DNA from: Candidatus Saccharimonadota bacterium
GTDB taxonomy: Bacteria; Patescibacteriota; Saccharimonadia; Saccharimonadales; Saccharimonadaceae
NCBI GenBank assembly: GCA_032153715.1
Contig: JALDYR010000004.1
Coordinates: 1,140 to 65,139 of the forward strand
Reading direction: 5' to 3'
Length of the DNA stretch: 64,000 nucleotides
Shown here: positions 25,486 to 34,652 of the stretch, in pieces
How positions within the stretch are numbered: the stretch's first letter is position 1
Layout of the letters: every line of letters begins with the position of its first letter
The notes under the pieces: generated by a model
What the model was told of the DNA's origin: nothing
The model's input: the letters and a program-made list of their open reading frames with translations, nothing else
Database searches by the model: none
Position numbers and translations under genes: made by a program

Positions 25486-25504
25486 TTAAAGAAAAGGAGC
25501 AAAA

Positions 25505-28402
25505 ATGAAATTCAAAGCAAATACCCGACGCCGCGCCCTAGAGTACGAAAAAGCTCTTGTGCAGCAGTGGAAGAAAAACAAGACGTTTGAAAAATCAGTC
25601 GAGCAGCGACCGGTTGATAATTCATATGTGTTTTACGACGGCCCTCCGTTTATTACGGGTGTGCCACATCATGGAACGCTCCTTTCAAGTATCGTGAAAG
25701 ATGTCGTGCCGCGTTACCAGACGATGAAAGGCAAGCGTGTTGAGCGCGTCTGGGGGTGGGACTGTCACGGGCTGCCAGCGGAGAACTTCGTCGAGAAAAA
25801 ACTTGGTATTACGACACGTCACGAGGTAGGGGAAAAGATTAGTCTGGCAGACTACATCACGACAGCTCGCGAAAGTATGGTGCAGACAAGCGGTCTATGG
25901 GAAGATACGATTGATCGGATTGGCCGCTGGGTTGATTTCAAGGGTGCCTATAAAACCATGGACAAAGAATACATGGAATCTGTCTGGTGGGCGTTTAAAC
26001 AGCTGCATGAAAAAGGCAAAATCTATGAAGGCGAAAAGGTGCTGATGTATGACACGCAGTGGGCGACGCCGCTTTCAAAGGCGGAAGTTACCATGGATGC
26101 CGGCGCATATCAGGATGTAACAGATCCAAGTGTCTATGTGAAGTTTAAGCTCGCCGGCACTGGTCTAGAGAAGTGGGCGACTGAAAAAAAGAATGTACCA
26201 GTCTATCTGCTGGCATGGACAACGACGCCGTGGACACTACCGGGCAATACGGCATTGGCTGTAAACCCCAGCGTAGAGTATGCAGAAGTAGAGCTGGGCG
26301 GTGAACTTTTCATTCTTGCAAAGGAGCTGCTCGACAAGGTGCTAACTGACGCGAAGCACAATGTTCTCGACTATCAACTTATTCAAATACTTGATGGCAG
26401 TGAGCTTGTTGGCGCGGCATATGAACCGCTCTTTGACGATCGTGGCAAAAATGCACACAAGATTTGGGCGGCCGACTACGTCACGACTGAATCGGGTACG
26501 GGAATTGTTCACCTTGCACCAGCCTACGGCGAAGAGGATTTTGAGCTAGCGCGCAAGAAAGAAATCCCTGTTGTTCATGTGCTTGATGAGTTTGGTAAAT
26601 ATACCGAAACAGAATGGGTAGGTGAGGACGTCTGGCAAATTAACAAGACGATTGCCAAGGCGCTTCACGAACGTGGTACAGTTTGGAAAATTGATTATAT
26701 CCGTCACGAATATCCACACAATCCACGCACCGGCCACCGTCTGATGTATCGTGCACATCCAAGCTGGTTCTTTGATGTTGATGGTCAGCGCACGGAGATG
26801 CTGGAGCAGAACACTGAACATGTTAACTGGTTCCCTGAACATATCAAGCACGGTCGCTTTGAAAAGACTGTCCTGACAGCGCCCGACTGGAACCTGAGTC
26901 GTGATCGTTTCTGGGCAACGGCAATGCCGGTTTGGAAGGGTGTGGACGCCAACGGTAAGGAGCATATTAAAGTTATCGGTAGCTATGCAGAACTTAAAGA
27001 GCTCAGTGGCGTCGAGCTCGACGACTACCATCGCCCATGGGTTGATGACATTACTTTTACAATTGATGACGTAGAGTATAGTCGTATCGATAAAGTAATC
27101 GACGGCTGGTTTGAAAGTGGCAGTATGCCATTTGCGCAGTTCCATTATCCGTTTGAGAATGTCGAAAAATTTGAACAAAACTTTCCGGGTGATTTTATCG
27201 TCGAATACGTTGGACAGGTGCGTGCCTGGTTCTATTATGTACACGCAGTCAATGTTGGCTTGTTTGGTCATAATGCTTTCAAGAATGTTATCGTCACCGG
27301 AACGGTTGCCGGTAATGATGGCCGCAAGATGAGCAAGAGTCTGGGTAACTTTACTGATCCAAATGAATTAATGGATAAGTTTAGTGCCGATAGTCTGCGC
27401 TTCTTGCTACTGCAGAGCCCACTGCTCAATGGTGAGGACTTCGCCTTGCTTGATAAGGATGTGAATGATATTGCACGCAAGCTCAGTATGGTCTGGAATA
27501 TGTATGACTTCTTCACCATGTATGCTGAAGTTGATGGCTGGGAATTTAAGGGTGATATGAGCGACCCGTCATCATCACTGGAAAACTCACTTGATCAATG
27601 GATTACGAGCCGTGTTCATCAATTAACGCAGGAGGTTGAAAAACACATGGATGTATATGATATTCCAAGTGCTATGAAGCCAATTCTGCCATTTATTGAA
27701 GATGCTAGTAACTGGTACGTGCGTCGTTCGCGCCGTCGCTTCTGGAAGTCGGGTGATGACACAGATAAGAATAATGCATACCGCACATTGCACTATGTTT
27801 TAGTGCAGCTATCGCAGGTGCTCGCACCGTTTACGCCGTTTCTCGCCGAAGAGTTGTATCAAAAACTCACGGGTGGGGAGAGTGTTCATCTTCTGGATTG
27901 GCCAAAGGTCGGCCATGTTAATGAACTGGTCGTCGGGGATATGGAAACAGTTCGCGACTATGTTAACCAGGCCTTGAGTCTACGCGCCAAAGAGCGTATG
28001 AAAATTCGTCAGCCGCTCGCAAGTGTGACTGTACCGAGTCTTGGTGAGTTCGTGAGTTTCGAGGATATTTTGACTGAAGAATTAAATGTCAAAAAAGTTG
28101 TTCAGGGTAAAGAATTAGCGCTTGATTTTACAATTACGCCAGAACTCAAACGTGAAGGCTTGATGCGCGAAGTGATTCGTCACGTTCAAAACGCCCGCAA
28201 GAATGCCGGCTTGAACGTTGACGACCGCATTGCGCTATCGCTGCAGTCAGCCGACGTGGAGGTGCGTGAAGCAACCGAGGAGCATGCGCGAACAATTGCC
28301 GATGAAACATTGGCGAATGAATTAACAGATCAACAATACAGTTACCGGACAACTGTCATGGTTGAGGGTGCTGAATTGGTCGTGTCGCTACAAAAAGCTT
28401 AG
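25505..28402 (+). CDS. ileS: Isoleucyl-tRNA synthetase (type 2-like, no C-terminal zinc finger)
   Basis: HIGH-type motif PHHGTL, KMSKS present, CP1 editing region, 965 aa. Confidence 0.95.
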   Translation: MKFKANTRRRALEYEKALVQQWKKNKTFEKSVEQRPVDNSYVFYDGPPFITGVPHHGTLLSSIVKDVVPRYQTMKGKRVERVWGWDCHGLPAENFVEKKLGITTRHEVGEKISLADYITTARESMVQTSGLWEDTIDRIGRWVDFKGAYKTMDKEYMESVWWAFKQLHEKGKIYEGEKVLMYDTQWATPLSKAEVTMDAGAYQDVTDPSVYVKFKLAGTGLEKWATEKKNVPVYLLAWTTTPWTLPGNTALAVNPSVEYAEVELGGELFILAKELLDKVLTDAKHNVLDYQLIQILDGSELVGAAYEPLFDDRGKNAHKIWAADYVTTESGTGIVHLAPAYGEEDFELARKKEIPVVHVLDEFGKYTETEWVGEDVWQINKTIAKALHERGTVWKIDYIRHEYPHNPRTGHRLMYRAHPSWFFDVDGQRTEMLEQNTEHVNWFPEHIKHGRFEKTVLTAPDWNLSRDRFWATAMPVWKGVDANGKEHIKVIGSYAELKELSGVELDDYHRPWVDDITFTIDDVEYSRIDKVIDGWFESGSMPFAQFHYPFENVEKFEQNFPGDFIVEYVGQVRAWFYYVHAVNVGLFGHNAFKNVIVTGTVAGNDGRKMSKSLGNFTDPNELMDKFSADSLRFLLLQSPLLNGEDFALLDKDVNDIARKLSMVWNMYDFFTMYAEVDGWEFKGDMSDPSSSLENSLDQWITSRVHQLTQEVEKHMDVYDIPSAMKPILPFIEDASNWYVRRSRRRFWKSGDDTDKNNAYRTLHYVLVQLSQVLAPFTPFLAEELYQKLTGGESVHLLDWPKVGHVNELVVGDMETVRDYVNQALSLRAKERMKIRQPLASVTVPSLGEFVSFEDILTEELNVKKVVQGKELALDFTITPELKREGLMREVIRHVQNARKNAGLNVDDRIALSLQSADVEVREATEEHARTIADETLANELTDQQYSYRTTVMVEGAELVVSLQKA

Positions 28403-28460
28403 TCTTAAAAAGTTTTGGGGTTATTGTAAACCCTCATGCTTACTTATATAGTAAAGGGTA

Positions 28461-29096
28461 ATGAAAAACTCGCGAGGCTTTACTATTGTCGAACTACTGA
28501 TCGTTATCGTCGTCATTGGGATTTTGGCAAGTATTACTGTTGTTGCTTTTAACGGGGTTCAGCAGCGAGCGCGCGTCTCCAAAATACAATCTGATATTAA
28601 TGGTGTCAATAAATTAATACAGGCGTACAATGCCGAAAAGGGGTATTACCCGGTCACGACCACGGGAACAATTGGCTATAATACTGCCGCTCCGGCTTTG
28701 ACTGACGCGAACTGTCAGCCATCCGGAACGAAGACCGCCCAATGGGTGCCGGATCTCGCGTCGGCGTTGCCGCAGAGCGATCAAAGTATGAAAGGTGTAG
28801 GGGGTGGTACTGGTTGCTATACCTATATTAGTAATGGAACGGACTATCTGCTAAGTGCTTGGAACATGCTCCCTGAACCACAAACGTCGGTTATGTATCG
28901 CCGAGTAGGGTTTCGAGAACATATATTTTACCGTGTAAACCCCGACCCAAATGCTAATCAGCTGTACTATTGTAATTACTCGGCAATGGGTGGCATGTCA
29001 TCAGGGTCATACGTGGTGGCAAATGACTATTACAAACGTTCATATACGTTCAGTAATGTAACCACCTGCGGCGAGACGCCTCCGCTTGGTGCATAA
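28461..29096 (+). CDS. Type IV pilin-like protein
   Basis: MKNSRG|[26 protein letters not shown] prepilin signal. Confidence 0.85.
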   Translation: MKNSRGFTIVELLIVIVVIGILASITVVAFNGVQQRARVSKIQSDINGVNKLIQAYNAEKGYYPVTTTGTIGYNTAAPALTDANCQPSGTKTAQWVPDLASALPQSDQSMKGVGGGTGCYTYISNGTDYLLSAWNMLPEPQTSVMYRRVGFREHIFYRVNPDPNANQLYYCNYSAMGGMSSGSYVVANDYYKRSYTFSNVTTCGETPPLGA

Positions 29097-29180
29097 TTTT
29101 AATATTCAAGCATGTTAAAAATATCATAGCTTTTAGTCTGGGTATCGGTGTACTCTAATATCGTAAATAGGAGGTGAGCC

Positions 29181-29414
29181 GTGCCTTACAGTGATATTGA
29201 CGAACTACCGGGTGGCGTTCAACACGTTCTGCCAAAACATGCACAGGACATTTACAAAGAGGCATTTAATAGCGCTTGGGATGAGTATAAAAATCCAGAC
29301 AATCGTCGTGATGATATTGACCGTGAAGAGGTGGCGCATAAAGTTGCTTGGAATGCGGTCAAGATGAAGTATGAAAAAGGTGACGATGGCCATTGGCACC
29401 CAAAGGATGAGTAA
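29181..29414 (+). CDS. chaB: ChaB family protein
   Basis: Near-collinear with E. coli ChaB (MPY...LP..V.HVLP.HAQDIYKEAFNSAWD.YK...RRDD..REE.AHKVAW.AVK). GTG start after AGGAGGTGA. Confidence 0.8.
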   Translation: MPYSDIDELPGGVQHVLPKHAQDIYKEAFNSAWDEYKNPDNRRDDIDREEVAHKVAWNAVKMKYEKGDDGHWHPKDE

Positions 29415-29421
29415 TTAAAAA

Positions 29422-29444
29422 AGCCGCACTGTCATAGTGCGGCT
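29422..29444. terminator. Terminator hairpin between convergent genes (T-run only on the minus-strand side)
   Basis: AGCCGCACT gtcat AGTGCGGCT, with AAAAAA immediately upstream on the plus strand. Confidence 0.65.
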
Positions 29445-29452
29445 AGCGCTAT

Positions 29453-29710
29453 TTAATGAATGTACTGTTCATTAAATAGCGAGGGTTCCGTGACGGGGCT
29501 GATCGTTAGATCGCGCCACGTAATACGTTTACTAAGGGCGTAGCCGTAGAGTCCCTTAACAGCGTTGCCGTACCGTCGTCGTATGGCGATGCGGTTTTGT
29601 TCGATGCCATTTTTAGCACCGTTAATAATGGCTTCGTCAAAGGTTAACTCTACCTCCCATTGATTCACGCCCCGCTTATCTTTAAAGCAGACGGAATATG
29701 TGCGTTCCAT
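29453..29710 (-). CDS. Hypothetical protein (85 aa)
   Basis: ORF preceded on the minus strand by the SD-like sequence AAGGAGG. No motif recognised. Confidence 0.55.
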   Translation of the reverse strand: MERTYSVCFKDKRGVNQWEVELTFDEAIINGAKNGIEQNRIAIRRRYGNAVKGLYGYALSKRITWRDLTISPVTEPSLFNEQYIH

Positions 29711-29790
29711 GATTGCCTCCTTGAGGCTGGAGTGAATAGTAGCGTACTATGACACAATACAGTAAATAGGAAGGGGTATAAAGCAGCAGC

Positions 29791-30357
29791 ATGATAGAAC
29801 TAGATTTTCTTCGGAATCCGGCATACGAAGTAGCACCTCGTTTACTAGGCTGTATTATCGAGCGTGACATTAACAGGGTGACGCTTCGTGGTCGGATTGT
29901 TGAAACTGAAGCGTACGACCAAACAGATATTGCTAGCCATAGTTATAACGGCGAGACGCCGCGAACGAAAGTGATGTTCGGCCCAGCGGGCTATCTATAT
30001 GTCTATTTTACGTACGGCATGCACTATTGTTGCAATGTCGTAGTTGGTGACGAGGGGTATGGTGCCGCGGTGTTGATTCGTGCCGTCGAGCCACTTGATG
30101 GGCTAGATGCGATGGAGGAGCGACGACGTCGTTCGGGGATAGAATTAACCAATGGACCGGCGAAGTTCTGTCAGGCATTTGGCATCGGCAAGGAGCAAAA
30201 CGGTACCAATCTGATGAGCGGGGCGGTTCGGCTGCTGCCCGGCGATGAATTGGGTGCTGATGCGATTACGCAAACAACCCGCATTGGTATTTCACGAGGA
30301 CAAGAGTTATTGTGGCGATTTTATGAAACTGGCAATAAGTTTGTATCAAAGTATTGA
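29791..30357 (+). CDS. mpg: DNA-3-methyladenine glycosylase (Mpg/AAG family)
   Basis: LLG....R.......GRIVETEAY...D.ASH.......R...MFGP.G..YVY..YG.H.C.NVV pattern. Confidence 0.85.
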   Translation: MIELDFLRNPAYEVAPRLLGCIIERDINRVTLRGRIVETEAYDQTDIASHSYNGETPRTKVMFGPAGYLYVYFTYGMHYCCNVVVGDEGYGAAVLIRAVEPLDGLDAMEERRRRSGIELTNGPAKFCQAFGIGKEQNGTNLMSGAVRLLPGDELGADAITQTTRIGISRGQELLWRFYETGNKFVSKY

Positions 30358-30406
30358 CATTTTATCATGCTTGTGTTAATGTAAATAAAACGATTAAAAA
30401 ACAAAC

Positions 30407-30616
30407 ATGAGTATATTTCACCACCAACATATCAGTTTCGAAACCGCCGATCCACTAGGGAATGGGCTAGGTGATGAGATTGCTGCCGAGCAGCGAGAAG
30501 CAGATGCGATCCGAAGCTTGGACGATGTCAGTGCGGAAGAGCTGAATCAGAAATGGAATGTGATTGTCGAAGACATCAAAAAAGATCCAGAGTGGTTCGA
30601 CTTTAGTAATGACTAA
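30407..30616 (+). CDS. Small acidic hypothetical protein (69 aa)
   Basis: ORF only; no motif recognised. Confidence 0.4.
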   Translation: MSIFHHQHISFETADPLGNGLGDEIAAEQREADAIRSLDDVSAEELNQKWNVIVEDIKKDPEWFDFSND

Positions 30617-30646
30617 TTACTATAAGAAGTATAGTATAATAAAAGC

Positions 30647-31033
30647 ATGCAGGAATTATCTGATCAAGAATTTGATGCGTTAATTACGCGCGCAATGGAT
30701 GAACTGCCGCAAGAGTATATTCGCGGTCTTGAAAATGTCGCAATTGTGATGGCTGATGAACCGACGGACGAGCAGAAGGTAAAGATGCAACTTCGCGAGA
30801 ATACGATCCTATTAGGTTTGTACGAAGGTATCCCGTTGACGCAGCGTGGTAATAATTACACATTTGTTTTGCCAGATAAAATTACTTTATTTAAGTATTC
30901 GATTTTAGCCGTTTCTCCAACGAAAGATACACTCTTTGAACAGATTAAGCGAACACTTTGGCATGAGATAGCGCACTACTACGGGCTGAACCATCAGCAC
31001 ATGCACGATTTGCAAAATCACCGCGAGCAGTAG
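30647..31033 (+). CDS. Minimal zincin metallopeptidase family protein (Zincin_1/DUF1025-like)
   Basis: LP.....L.NV.I...DEP......LLGLYEG.PLT.R...........I.L....I and the C-terminal motif HEIAHYYGL. Confidence 0.7.
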   Translation: MQELSDQEFDALITRAMDELPQEYIRGLENVAIVMADEPTDEQKVKMQLRENTILLGLYEGIPLTQRGNNYTFVLPDKITLFKYSILAVSPTKDTLFEQIKRTLWHEIAHYYGLNHQHMHDLQNHREQ

Positions 31034-31126
31034 CGGGTATCCTTGTAGCTCCCTGAGAGCAATGCTAAACTAGTTGCAGAATAACGACCACATGTGGAGT
31101 GTGGTAAAAGGGGTAGAAAAAGTATA

Positions 31127-32503
31127 ATGACACGAGTCGCGCGGCGGACATCGCGAGTGGGAAAAGTAACGCTCTTCAGCGCAGTATTTGCATTGATGCT
31201 ATCACTTGCGGGTATGAGCGCACCTGCTACGCACGCTGTGGACATGCCTGCGGCGCCAAGCTTGGTTGCGCCAACGAATGATGTTGTGGTTGGCGGCGCG
31301 ACGCTTACTAATAGTTGGTCGGCAGTACCCGGCGCGGCAGAGTATGAATATCAGAGTTACCACGACGCTGCTTTGACGCAAGTTCGCTGGACAGAGACAA
31401 TTGGTGGGACATCAAAGACAGCAACAAATGTCGCAAATGCGGTTTTTTGGTGGCGGATGCGTGCGATTGATGCTAACAACGTTAAAGGTAGTTGGAGTGA
31501 ATCGCGCAAAGTAACGGTAAATAATACTGTGACCAAAAAGCCGGTCATTACATCCCCAGCAAATGGTCAGTACTTTAAATCGCCAACGATAACAGCGACT
31601 TGGGACGCTGCAACGGGCTTGAACGGTGTTACAAAATATGAGGTTGAGTACGCGTACCTGCAAAATGACACACTAAAAATTGATCGCTATGATGCCGGTA
31701 CAAAGCTTACCTGGGACCAGGCTTTGTCCGAAAACGTGCAAGTTGACTTTACGATTCGCGTTCGCGCGTATTATAGAGCGGTCAAGGGTGAATGGAGTGA
31801 CCCTGTAGCCTATGTGTACGACAGCATAAAGCCAGAAGTGTTATCGATAACAAGTGCGCCACACGAGGTCGAAGAAGGTGAACCAATTATGATTAGTGGG
31901 ACAGCGAGTGCCGATGCGAGCACGTTTGAGTTGCTGTTTAGCAATGGTGACAGGGTAACTGGCGCAGTAAATGAGGGAGGTTGGTCGTCGACGTATAATG
32001 CGGCGACAATCGGAAATTATCTGGTAAACGCGACCGTAACTGATGTTGCTGGAAATGCGAGTGAAGCAACAAGTGCATCGCAAACGAGTTTCGGTGTGAT
32101 TGCAAAGTCGGCGCCAGCCATAGAGGATGACGACGAGGCTCCAGCTGATGTTATTGTGCCAGGGGTGACAGATGATTCATTGTTGGCAACCGTTCCGACA
32201 GTGACTCCGACTCTTACTAATACATTTGCGCGAACGCTGTTTGGCACGCCGGTTGATGATTTAATTGACAGCGGCTCTAGTCAGGAGGCAAGCGTTGCGC
32301 CGGTAGGCCCAGCGGTTCTTGGCGCGGAAGATACGAAAAAGTCAGTTGTCGCCGCAGCGTCAAAGCCGGTAGAGGTAAGCGAAAGCGGCTGGAAGCTCTT
32401 TGGTATTGCGTGGTTTTGGTATGTGGTTGTCGCAGCCGGTGCTGGACTGCTATGGTGGTTAGTTGCGGTATTGCAGCGACGCGCGACTAGGTCAACACTT
32501 TAG
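31127..32503 (+). CDS. Surface protein with FN3/Ig-like repeats, a signal peptide and a C-terminal TM anchor
   Basis: Signal peptide VTLFSAVFALMLSLAGMSAPATHA. Two W..V.GA..YEY-type repeats and a TDVAGN Ig-like segment. C-terminal TM segment WFWYVVVAAGAGLLWWLVAVL plus RRATR. Confidence 0.7.
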   Translation: MTRVARRTSRVGKVTLFSAVFALMLSLAGMSAPATHAVDMPAAPSLVAPTNDVVVGGATLTNSWSAVPGAAEYEYQSYHDAALTQVRWTETIGGTSKTATNVANAVFWWRMRAIDANNVKGSWSESRKVTVNNTVTKKPVITSPANGQYFKSPTITATWDAATGLNGVTKYEVEYAYLQNDTLKIDRYDAGTKLTWDQALSENVQVDFTIRVRAYYRAVKGEWSDPVAYVYDSIKPEVLSITSAPHEVEEGEPIMISGTASADASTFELLFSNGDRVTGAVNEGGWSSTYNAATIGNYLVNATVTDVAGNASEATSASQTSFGVIAKSAPAIEDDDEAPADVIVPGVTDDSLLATVPTVTPTLTNTFARTLFGTPVDDLIDSGSSQEASVAPVGPAVLGAEDTKKSVVAAASKPVEVSESGWKLFGIAWFWYVVVAAGAGLLWWLVAVLQRRATRSTL

Positions 32504-32527
32504 TAAAACAATCAACGAGAATGAGGT

Positions 32528-32556
32528 GCGAGCAGCTACGGGCTGCTCGCTTTTTT
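32528..32556 (+). terminator. Intrinsic terminator
   Basis: GCGAGCAGC tacgg GCTGCTCGC followed by TTTTTT. Confidence 0.85.
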
Positions 32557-33472
32557 GTTCCGAACATCGTACACTGTTAGTACAGTGACGAAAAAACAAA
32601 CAAAAAACGTTTCGAATTTGAGTCGTCGCGTGCAGTGCCACGTGAAGCTTGCCGCCTGGCCGCATCGAGAAAATCAGTACCGGCCACATGCGGTAGGGCG
32701 CTACGGCATTGCAGTTTTTTTGATCCTGATTCTTGGCGTCTTTTTTGTTCATAACGCCGTGACGACTGGTGATGTACTGGGGCGAAGAGCGGCAATTACG
32801 TCTGAAGGATTGCTTGCGTCGACAAATCAAGCTCGTGAAAAAGAAGGGCTTGCCGACTTGGTGCTTAATGAGCAGTTGAGTGAAGCAGCGTACGCCAAGG
32901 CACAGGATATGCTAAAGAACCAGTACTGGGCGCATGAGTCGCCAAGTGGTGTTCAGCCATGGAAATGGTTTGCGGATGCGAACTATAACTACAGTCAAGC
33001 GGGCGAAAACTTAGCGAGAAACTTTACTACGTCTAGCGAAGTGACGGCGGCATGGCTAGCGTCATCATCGCATCGTGAAAATGTCCTTGAATCAGCCTAT
33101 CAGGATGTTGGCTTTGCAACTGTCGAGGGTGATATTAACGGAAGCGACACAACGATTGTTGTTGCGCTATACGGGGCGCCAGCGCGGGTCGGTACGGTTG
33201 CGGGCGAAACAAAGTTTAACAAATCGGCAGAGCAGACAGGCTTTGTTGCAAGTATTGGACGAAGCATCCAAACATTGCCTGCAACGGCAGTGGGTAGTTT
33301 GGTATTGGTCATCGTGGCGGCAGGGGTTGCACTCGTGACGCATGCGTATCGTCGGAAGTTACCAAAGGTCTTGCAGAATAGCTGGTATCATCATCACGGC
33401 GCGTTCAAGGCGGTCGGTTTCCTGTCGATCGGTGTTATTATAGTTATTATGTATAGCGGAGGACAGATTTAG
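32555..33472 (+). CDS. CAP/SCP/PR-1 domain protein, membrane-anchored at both ends
   Basis: A.AKA.DM....YWAH.SP.G..PW.W......Y...GENLA..F.....V..AWL.S..HR.N.L....DVG.A is the CAP signature. The ORF-track start sits inside the upstream terminator T-run, so the real start is probably a downstream GTG/TTG (32585-32642). Confidence 0.65.
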   Translation: MFRTSYTVSTVTKKQTKNVSNLSRRVQCHVKLAAWPHRENQYRPHAVGRYGIAVFLILILGVFFVHNAVTTGDVLGRRAAITSEGLLASTNQAREKEGLADLVLNEQLSEAAYAKAQDMLKNQYWAHESPSGVQPWKWFADANYNYSQAGENLARNFTTSSEVTAAWLASSSHRENVLESAYQDVGFATVEGDINGSDTTIVVALYGAPARVGTVAGETKFNKSAEQTGFVASIGRSIQTLPATAVGSLVLVIVAAGVALVTHAYRRKLPKVLQNSWYHHHGAFKAVGFLSIGVIIVIMYSGGQI

Positions 33473-34293
33473 TGGCAGTCACAAAAGCAATTATTCCAGT
33501 AGCAGGGTGGGGGACGCGCCGCCTGCCAATCACAAAAGCAATTGAAAAGTGTATGTTGCCAATCGGTAATCGACCGCTCGTCGACTATATTGTTCGTGAT
33601 TGTTTGCAGGCGGGCATTACCGATATCTACTTCGTTGTTAGTAAGGGAAGTACACAGCTGCAGCAATATTTTTCTGAAAATGAACAACTCAATCAGTACC
33701 TGACCTATAACGGCAAGCAAGACGCTCTTCAGATTGTTCAACCGCCGCAAAATGTTCAATTCCATTATGTCGAGCAAGATTCGAATCAAAAATACGGTAC
33801 GGCAATCCCTGTCGGTCTTTGTGTGCCATTTTTACAAAAGGGCGAGTCTGTCGCGGTCATGATGGGTGATGACTTTATTTATAATGCCGACGGTTCATCG
33901 GAAATGCTGCGGCTAAAGACGGCCACGCCAGAAAACGGCAACTCAATGCTTGCGGTTGAAATCCCTCATGAAGAAGTGAGTAAGTACGGCGTGATTCAAT
34001 TTCAGGAAGATACAGGGGCGTTTGAGCGCATTATTGAAAAGCCGCAGCCCGAACAGGCGCCGAGCAACTATATTAATGTCAGTAAATATATCCTTAACTA
34101 TGATTTATTGACGCAAATCTATAACTATTGCAGTTTAGACGTGTCGGGCGAGTTCTTGCTGACAGAGCCGATTAATCAGTATGTTCTGGCGGGTGGTTTG
34201 GTACAGGTGATTCCAGCTCAAGGACGATACCTTGATGGAGGTAATGTTCAGGGCTGGCTCCATGCTAACAATGTGATTGTTGGCGGCAATTAG
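33472..34293 (+). CDS. galU: UTP--glucose-1-phosphate uridylyltransferase-like sugar nucleotidyltransferase
   Basis: KAIIPVAGWGTRRLPITKAIEKCMLPI..RPL..YIV N-terminal signature. GTG start overlapping the previous stop (TAGTG). Confidence 0.8.
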   Translation: MAVTKAIIPVAGWGTRRLPITKAIEKCMLPIGNRPLVDYIVRDCLQAGITDIYFVVSKGSTQLQQYFSENEQLNQYLTYNGKQDALQIVQPPQNVQFHYVEQDSNQKYGTAIPVGLCVPFLQKGESVAVMMGDDFIYNADGSSEMLRLKTATPENGNSMLAVEIPHEEVSKYGVIQFQEDTGAFERIIEKPQPEQAPSNYINVSKYILNYDLLTQIYNYCSLDVSGEFLLTEPINQYVLAGGLVQVIPAQGRYLDGGNVQGWLHANNVIVGGN

Positions 34294-34332
34294 CAGTATA
34301 CTATTGTAATTATTGCAAATAAATGATATATT

Positions 34333-34368
34333 ACAGAACGTCACCAAAGGGGTGACGTTCTGTTTTTT
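34333..34368 (+). terminator. Strong intrinsic terminator after galU
   Basis: ACAGAACGTCACC / GGTGACGTTCTGT perfect 13-bp stem followed by TTTTTTATT. Confidence 0.9.
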
Positions 34369-34385
34369 ATTCTAAGGAGGCGGTC

Positions 34386-34652
34386 TTGACCGCAGCAACG
34401 CTGGTTAGCATGGTTGTCGATGTGTCGTTCGAGAAGATCGATGGTGCATCAAGGCTGGTGGGGGAGTTCATTGAAGGACTGCAGCCCCAGCCTCTGAAGG
34501 TAGTGACGGAAACGAACTTTGCCGACGGTGTGTCGGCGGCTCAGATTCACTGCAGAAACATGGATGACGTTAAGTCTCTCTGCGGGGAACTGGCAGTGTT
34601 TCTCTCGATGCACGGGGGAAACATGAATCCTGGACGCGTGTCGTCCATCTAG
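34386..34652 (+). CDS. Hypothetical protein (88 aa), TTG start
   Basis: Strong SD sequence TAAGGAGG 6 nt upstream. No motif recognised. Followed by a long hairpin (34653-34697). Confidence 0.45.
   Translation: MTAATLVSMVVDVSFEKIDGASRLVGEFIEGLQPQPLKVVTETNFADGVSAAQIHCRNMDDVKSLCGELAVFLSMHGGNMNPGRVSSI

Noticed and set aside
26546-27271. 241-aa antisense ORF inside ileS
   Set aside because: It is fully embedded opposite a confidently identified essential gene. Its composition looks off-frame (C/F/I/K/V-rich, no motifs) and it has no SD sequence or promoter. Long antisense ORFs are expected by chance opposite coding frames.
34304-34332. Candidate promoter TTGTAA-17-TATATT for the 88-aa ORF
   Set aside because: The predicted TSS would fall inside the 5' arm of the galU terminator stem. 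The assignment is therefore not self-consistent, and it was not reported as a feature.
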